From the NCBI GenBank assembly GCA_016192035.1, contig JACPUW010000035.1:52323-116322 (forward strand): a stretch of 64,000 nt of DNA. Reading direction: 5' to 3'. The stretch is from Bacteroidota bacterium. GTDB taxonomy: Bacteria > Bacteroidota > Bacteroidia > CAILMK01 > JACPUW01. The notes beneath the pieces were generated by a model. That model did no database searches, was not told where the DNA came from, and worked only from the letters and a program-made list of their open reading frames with translations. Position 1 is the first letter of the stretch, and each line of letters begins with the position of its first letter. The translations under genes were made by a program, and so were the position numbers. Of the stretch, positions 59,551 through 64,000 are shown in pieces.

Positions 59551-59753
59551 AGAAGGTAGAAGGTAGAAGGTAGAAGGTAGAAGGTAGAAGTCAGAAGGTA
59601 GAAGTGAGAAGGTAGAAGTCAGAAGGTAGAAGTGAGAAGGTAGAAGGTAGAAGGTAGAAGGTAGAAGGTAGAAGGTAGAAGTGAGAAGGTAGAAGGTAGA
59701 AGGTAGAAGGTAGAAGTCAGAAGGTAGAAGTCAGAAGGTAGAAGTCAGAAGGA
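59551..59753. repeat. Heptanucleotide tandem repeat (AGAAGGT)n, 28 copies plus a partial, with AGAAGTC and AGAAGTG variants
   Basis: Counted directly: 28 units from 59551. Variant units at copies 6, 8, 10, 12, 19, 24, 26, 28. Plus strand has TAG in all frames; non-coding. Confidence 0.95.
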
Positions 59754-59777
59754 GATTTTAATTTTAATGAACAGAAA

Positions 59778-60242
59778 ATGAATAGTTTGCAGGAATCTTT
59801 GGCTATACTGCGCATCACTCGCGGGCGAATTGCTGACCTGTTGTTGTCGCTGGATTTGGAACAGGTAAACCGGATTCCTAAGGGCTGGAACAACAATTTG
59901 ATTTGGAATGCTGCCCACTGTGTGGCTACCCAACAACTGCTTACCTACGGGCTGGCGGGGCTTAAGATTCCGTTGCCAGGGCATTTTGTAGAGAGATACC
60001 GCAAGGGCACCGTGCCGCAAGGGCCTGTGGGCAATGATGAAATGGAGGAGGTATTGTACTGGCTTGGCGATAGCCCCATTCAATTGGCCGCCGATCTTGA
60101 ATTGAAGGATTTTGGCTCTTTTGCCCGGTACGAAACCAGCTATGGCTATACCCTGCACACCATAGGAGAGGCGCTGGCTTTTAACAATACGCACGAGGGC
60201 CTGCACCTGGGCTATATGATGGCCCTACGGCGGGCGATATAG
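59778..60242 (+). CDS. DinB/YfiT-family metal-dependent protein
   Basis: 154 aa. NLIWNAAHCVATQQ...NNTHEGLHLGYMM is the His triad of the DinB_2 family. Confidence 0.7.
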   Translation: MNSLQESLAILRITRGRIADLLLSLDLEQVNRIPKGWNNNLIWNAAHCVATQQLLTYGLAGLKIPLPGHFVERYRKGTVPQGPVGNDEMEEVLYWLGDSPIQLAADLELKDFGSFARYETSYGYTLHTIGEALAFNNTHEGLHLGYMMALRRAI

Positions 60243-60590
60243 GGTGAGTACACACAGGGTAAGTGATTTGGTGGGGGGCCTAATTGGTACATATTCAAGA
60301 TGATGCAATTGTGGCCGAAAAAAATTGACATGGCAGTAGCCCATGTGAAATTTTGGCTACATTTAGCCTTCTTACTAAGTTAGCCTGTAGTACACCCTGC
60401 CAAAGGGGCAAAATGGGACTGACCTGGCGAAGCCTATTTTCTGATGTCAATTGAGGACTTTAATGTATTGATAAGCAGTATTATAGACAAATTGGAGACC
60501 AGTAGGAATGGGGGCGTCCATGCAGGTATAAACGCCCGATCAACAGGGATGCGATGCGAACGGCCGCTTGCCTGGGCCCCCATTATGTGA

Positions 60591-60794
60591 TTGCTGCCAA
60601 GGTTCAGGCAAAAGGATGGGCGGGGGCCGTATGCAATGAGCAATTCCAAAGGCGGGCAGGGGCATGGCTACATCCAAACTGCCCTAGGGCATACCAGCAG
60701 CAAGACAACGGAAGTGTACACTAGGGTTACATCCATCAACAACAAAACCTTGCGCAGCCCTTTGGACAGTTTGTACGACACAGCTTACCTTTGA
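60591..60794 (+). pseudogene. 3'-terminal remnant of a tyrosine recombinase/integrase gene
   Basis: HGYIQTALGHTSSKTTEVYTRVTS matches the integrase C-terminal box (R-x-I-Q-x-L-L-G-H-x-x-x-x-T-T-x-I-Y-T-H-V), with Tyr in place. No catalytic core upstream in any frame. Confidence 0.6.
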
Positions 60795-60924
60795 ATATGC
60801 CAAACTCAAACCACTTCGCACATAGTCAATATATACGCAATAGGTCACGTGGAGTTGCGTATATACGGATGTTATAGCCAATGCTAAGAGAACGAAACGA
60901 CAATTCTAAAACTTAACAAAACGA

Positions 60925-61458
60925 ATGAAGTATTTATTGACACTATTACTAACTTTTTTGTTTATATCGAATGGTAACGCTCAACCAGCACCTTTCCGTG
61001 GGACTTTACTTTTCAACTTGACAGAAAAAGGAGATTTCGGAGAATTTTTGACAGCAGAAGCCTTTAAAAGTGGAAAAGTACTTTTATTATCATCAGACAA
61101 AGAAAGTGAATTAACTTATGACACCTTGCATAAGGCATTCTCGTATACAACAATTGGTTTTGAAAAAAAACAATTTGCAATTATATACAATAATGACACA
61201 ATTTATATTGACTACCCTTCATTGCCTTTTATTAAAGCTGTATTTGTGAAAGCACCTATACCATTGAATGGAGTGAGTTTTTCGTTTAGTAACAAATATA
61301 CTTATGATGCAATGCACAGCAATCAATACTACAATAATTTCAGAATGTTTTATTTGTGTCAAGGGTGTTTTATTTCAGACAATTACGCAATGACTGAAGA
61401 AACAAAAAAACATATAAGAAAAGAGTTATTTACACACACAATTAAGTTTAAAGAATGA
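60925..61458 (+). CDS. Hypothetical secreted protein (AT-rich)
   Basis: Signal peptide MKYLLTLLLTFLFISNGNAQ. 177 aa. No known motif. Confidence 0.45.
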   Translation: MKYLLTLLLTFLFISNGNAQPAPFRGTLLFNLTEKGDFGEFLTAEAFKSGKVLLLSSDKESELTYDTLHKAFSYTTIGFEKKQFAIIYNNDTIYIDYPSLPFIKAVFVKAPIPLNGVSFSFSNKYTYDAMHSNQYYNNFRMFYLCQGCFISDNYAMTEETKKHIRKELFTHTIKFKE

Positions 61459-61643
61459 GAAGCACTGGCTATAACAGCAGCTACCCAAAAGTGGCGGTTC
61501 AGTGGTTAAATCAAGCTTTGTTCATCTATCAAAGTTTATGCCTGGCTGACAGTGAAGTGCTCGGAAATCGCCACCTTCGGGTAGCTGCAAAACGTTGGCT
61601 GATATTTATTAAAACAAAAAATAACGAAAATGGCAGTACATAG
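61455..61643 (+). CDS. Small ORF (62 aa) coupled between the secreted protein and the Fic gene
   Basis: ATGA overlap with the upstream stop and a 14 nt overlap with the Fic start. Supported by context only. Confidence 0.3.
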   Translation: MRSTGYNSSYPKVAVQWLNQALFIYQSLCLADSEVLGNRHLRVAAKRWLIFIKTKNNENGST

Positions 61644-63087
61644 ACTTTGGGATTATATTTCGTTTTCCGACAATTGGAAAAATTGTGATACATCATTGTT
61701 AGATGATATTACACCCTCTTGGTTTGCACGTAGAGAAGTCTTACAAGCCAACTCAAAAGAGTATGAAGAATTTATTAACCGTCTAAAAAGACGACACGCC
61801 ATTGAAACGGGTATTGTTGAAAGAATGTATGATGTTGATAAAGGTGTTACAGAAACTTTAATCAACGAAGGTTTTATATCCTCTTTGTTAAGTCACGGAG
61901 ACACGAATGTGCCTAAGCAGACATTATTTAATCATTTACAAGACCACTTAGATGCGGTTGATTATATCTTTGATGTTGTCAAAGAAAATAGACCTTTGAC
62001 CAAAGGTTATATCCTTGCACTGCATCAACTTACTACAAGACACCAAGAATTTGCCGAAGGCAGGGACCAATTTGGAAATAAAACCAAAATTCCACTCATA
62101 AAAGGAAGATTTAAAGAACGTGAAAATAACCCTACACGAGAAGACGGTACCACCGTATTGTATTGTCCGCCTGAACACGTAGAAGCGGAAATGGATAGAT
62201 TAATTGAGATTTACAACGACCTCACAGAAAAAAATATAAATCCTTTAATTATTGCGACTTGGGTACATCACGCATTTACCACTATACACCCGTTTCAAGA
62301 CGGAAACGGTAGGGTGGTAAGGCTCATTGCAAGTTTGATTTTGATAAAAAACAACTTTTTCCCAATTACGGTTTTAAGAGAAGAAGCCAAAATTAAGTAT
62401 ATACAGGCATTGGAAGAAGCAGATAATGGACAACCTCAAAAATTAGTTGCCTACTTTGCCGAAATCCAAAAACGCAACATTGAAGAAGCCCTTAACATTA
62501 AGGAAGTAAGCAATACGTCTTTGAGTGAAGTAACAAATATCTTCAAGCAAAAAATTCTAAGAAAGCAGCAAGAAAAACAGCAACAATATGAAAGAACACT
62601 TGCTGAAAATAGAGTGCGGGTTTTTAACTATTGTAGTCTTTTTCTTAATGAGTACAAGCACAAACTTGAAATGGAGTTTGATGATAGCATTTCTTTATAC
62701 ATAGGAAGCGGCAGACCTGATGATACTACAAAACAACATTATTACTACGAACAAATAGTTAGTTATGCTAAGAAACATAACTACTACTTTAATAGAACAT
62801 TACCTAAATCATACTTCAAATTTGGAATTGAGTTTGACAGCAAGAAATATGAATTAGGAATTACATTACATCATTTCGGCTATGATGATAGTGTTATGGC
62901 TATTGGTGCATTTTTGGAGTATAAAGGTATTTTACCAAACGAAGACACAGACACAACAATACCACTTGAAATTAAACCACACGTAATTTCTATCAAAGAT
63001 GATGTTTCATCAAAAGAGAAGAATATACGTTTGCATCTTGAAAATATTTTAACAATGACAATAGCACAAATAGCGAGTGAAATATAA
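61630..63087 (+). CDS. Fic/Doc-family protein (class II, 485 aa) with long C-terminal extension
   Basis: Canonical Fic motif HPFQDGNGRVVRL and an N-terminal inhibitory-helix-like TLINEG ([ST]xxxE[GN]). Confidence 0.85.
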   Translation: MAVHRLWDYISFSDNWKNCDTSLLDDITPSWFARREVLQANSKEYEEFINRLKRRHAIETGIVERMYDVDKGVTETLINEGFISSLLSHGDTNVPKQTLFNHLQDHLDAVDYIFDVVKENRPLTKGYILALHQLTTRHQEFAEGRDQFGNKTKIPLIKGRFKERENNPTREDGTTVLYCPPEHVEAEMDRLIEIYNDLTEKNINPLIIATWVHHAFTTIHPFQDGNGRVVRLIASLILIKNNFFPITVLREEAKIKYIQALEEADNGQPQKLVAYFAEIQKRNIEEALNIKEVSNTSLSEVTNIFKQKILRKQQEKQQQYERTLAENRVRVFNYCSLFLNEYKHKLEMEFDDSISLYIGSGRPDDTTKQHYYYEQIVSYAKKHNYYFNRTLPKSYFKFGIEFDSKKYELGITLHHFGYDDSVMAIGAFLEYKGILPNEDTDTTIPLEIKPHVISIKDDVSSKEKNIRLHLENILTMTIAQIASEI

Positions 63088-63428
63088 ACATCAGCCAACA
63101 TTATGTTTGCGAAAAAGCGGGCTAATTTGCGTAATTTGGGCTTTCGTGCTTTCTATAAACTTTGTGCGTAGGGCAAGGGAAATGCTATTTAATCCCGCCC
63201 TTTGCAAACATTTTTTCGTTGTCAGCAAGTGTAAATGACGACCGTGCAACAACAAAACGACCGACAGAAAAACCGAAAATAGGTAAACCATTTTGACAGG
63301 TGAACACAGACATAGAAACGATACAACAAACGGGCAACGAGCAAGCCGACACTCAAACTACGGCTTGCCAAAGAGTATGGCCGCCCACCAGGGCAATGGC
63401 TACCTGAGCAAAGCAGGCATCAAAAGGG

Positions 63429-63463
63429 CCAGTAGGCCTTGTGCATACAATAAGGCCTACTGG
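63429..63463. other. Perfect 12 bp stem / 11 nt loop hairpin in a gene-free region
   Basis: CCAGTAGGCCTT (63429-63440) ... AAGGCCTACTGG (63452-63463) are exact reverse complements. Confidence 0.5.
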
Positions 63464-63552
63464 TTTAACATAGGGCATTTTTTGTTTGAATTAATAAGCA
63501 TAGACCATTGTTTGGCACTTGCTACCACCATGGCCAAGCATTAAAAAAATTG

Positions 63553-63576
63553 AAAAAACCCCTCCCGGGGTTTTCA
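63553..63576. terminator. Bidirectional terminator-like hairpin
   Basis: AAAAAA-AACCCC-tccc-GGGGTT-TTTT: a 6 bp GC stem flanked by an A-tract and a T-tract. Confidence 0.45.
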
Positions 63577-63792
63577 TGGGCTTTTCTCATCTGGCTAAAA
63601 GCGCACTGGCACCCTAGCGCATGGCTTATGAAGGATACAATTTGAATAGCCCAGGTGGAAAAGGGGCTGGATACACTTTTTCCCAATAAAAATCCCAAAA
63701 AAAACACAAACACCAAGCGCCCAAAAAGGAAGGGATGCCGGGGGCATGGACATGGCTCCTTCCCGCCGGCACCGTTCCTGGTATGTGAGTGG

Positions 63793-64000
63793 CTAAAACT
63801 GCAAGGTATAAACCATATTGGGCAGCATGGGCAGCTGCCGTCCCGATTCTATCCTGCCCGTGGTGGGGTTGTAGTACTGCATCACCACGGCCCCGTTGTT
63901 GGTCACGTTTTGCACGTCAATTTTGAACTCGTGGCTCACCCGGTGCCGGTTAACCCTAAGATATACTGACGCATTGGCCTGAAACACATCGTCTCCCTTG
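63793..64000 (-). CDS. C-terminal end of a TonB-dependent receptor / outer-membrane beta-barrel protein (partial, continues beyond the window)
   Basis: The frame is open to the window edge. It ends ...NGAVVMQYYNPTTGRIESGRQLPMLPNMVYTLQF*, and the terminal aromatic F with this pattern is typical of TonB-receptor C-termini. Confidence 0.5.
   Translation of the reverse strand, partial: KGDDVFQANASVYLRVNRHRVSHEFKIDVQNVTNNGAVVMQYYNPTTGRIESGRQLPMLPNMVYTLQF

Larger units (their letters stand above)
60800..63100. mobile_element. Low-GC (about 35% versus about 50%) horizontally acquired block: secreted protein, small ORF, Fic protein
   Basis: Abrupt base-composition shift starting about 100 nt after the integrase remnant. 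Three tightly coupled plus-strand ORFs. Confidence 0.45.

Noticed and set aside
59551-59753. Possible CRISPR array suggested by the regular repeat
   Set aside because: The unit is only 7 nt with no spacers and there are no cas genes. It is a simple tandem repeat.
59745-60206. 153 aa minus-strand ORF
   Set aside because: It is fully antisense to the DinB-family gene, which has clear family motifs. It terminates where it enters the heptamer repeat.
63655-63969. 104 aa plus ORF and the 83 aa ORF at 63293..63544
   Set aside because: The first overlaps the TonB-receptor C-terminal coding frame antisense. The second lies in the gene-free gap and is His/Gly-rich low-complexity. Neither has support.
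1-64000. tRNA, rRNA, tmRNA and RNase P genes
   Set aside because: Scanned by eye for T-psi-C-like GGTTCGAATCC/GGTTCAAATCC boxes and rRNA-like conserved stretches, and none was found. The few intergenic regions are short, apart from 58.4-59.0 kb and 63.1-63.8 kb, which lack these signatures.

Overview
Gene-dense chromosomal segment of about 50% GC that looks like Bacteroidota (Cytophagia/Sphingobacteriia-like). The indicators are a PorX-type T9SS response regulator, an OlsF-like aminolipid synthase, a fused LpxC-FabZ and a DUF4292-TPR-M23 module. No rRNA, tRNA or CRISPR array was recognised.

Most of the window is housekeeping genes, largely on the minus strand:
- Envelope operon: M23 peptidase (partial), DUF4292, TPR protein, sugar nucleotidyltransferase, dut, Wzx flippase.
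- Translation and small-protein genes: SUI1, EVE, PDZ protein.
- folP-cdaA (TAATG overlap), pcm, rsmB, a PBP1-type lipoprotein, guaA, an RRM RNA-binding protein with terminator, valS.
- A PAPS-type sulfotransferase next to an OlsF-like bifunctional acyltransferase.
- LysE, an LpxH-like phosphoesterase, and a complete aa3-type cytochrome c oxidase locus (coxII, coxI, ctaB, two coxIII, coxIV, SCO-like, DUF420 and small accessory membrane proteins).
- Lipid A cluster HD-lpxD-lpxC/fabZ-lpxA-ABC ATPase; porX-tsaE-ald; GT9; clpS; plsY; a 1463 aa secreted protein with no recognisable domain; prmA-tpiA-NTP_transf; rpmE2; PRTase; a deacetylase.
- Carotenoid operon (ECF sigma, crtI, crtB, crtYcd, gpx, crtZ) followed by a GT4 gene and preceded by a divergent methyltransferase.

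The last ~6 kb is the accessory-looking part:
- A 600 nt purine-rich ORF-free leader.
- A small secreted beta-rich protein immediately followed by a ~200 nt heptanucleotide tandem repeat, (AGAAGGT)n with GTC and GTG variants.
- A DinB-family gene and the 3' remnant of a tyrosine integrase.
- A ~2.3 kb block of about 35% GC carrying a secreted hypothetical protein, a 62 aa coupled ORF and a class II Fic protein (HPFQDGNGR).
- A 700 nt gene-free stretch with a perfect 12 bp stem-loop.
- The C-terminal end of a TonB-dependent receptor.

All calls are from reading the ORF translations and the sequence; no database searches were run.
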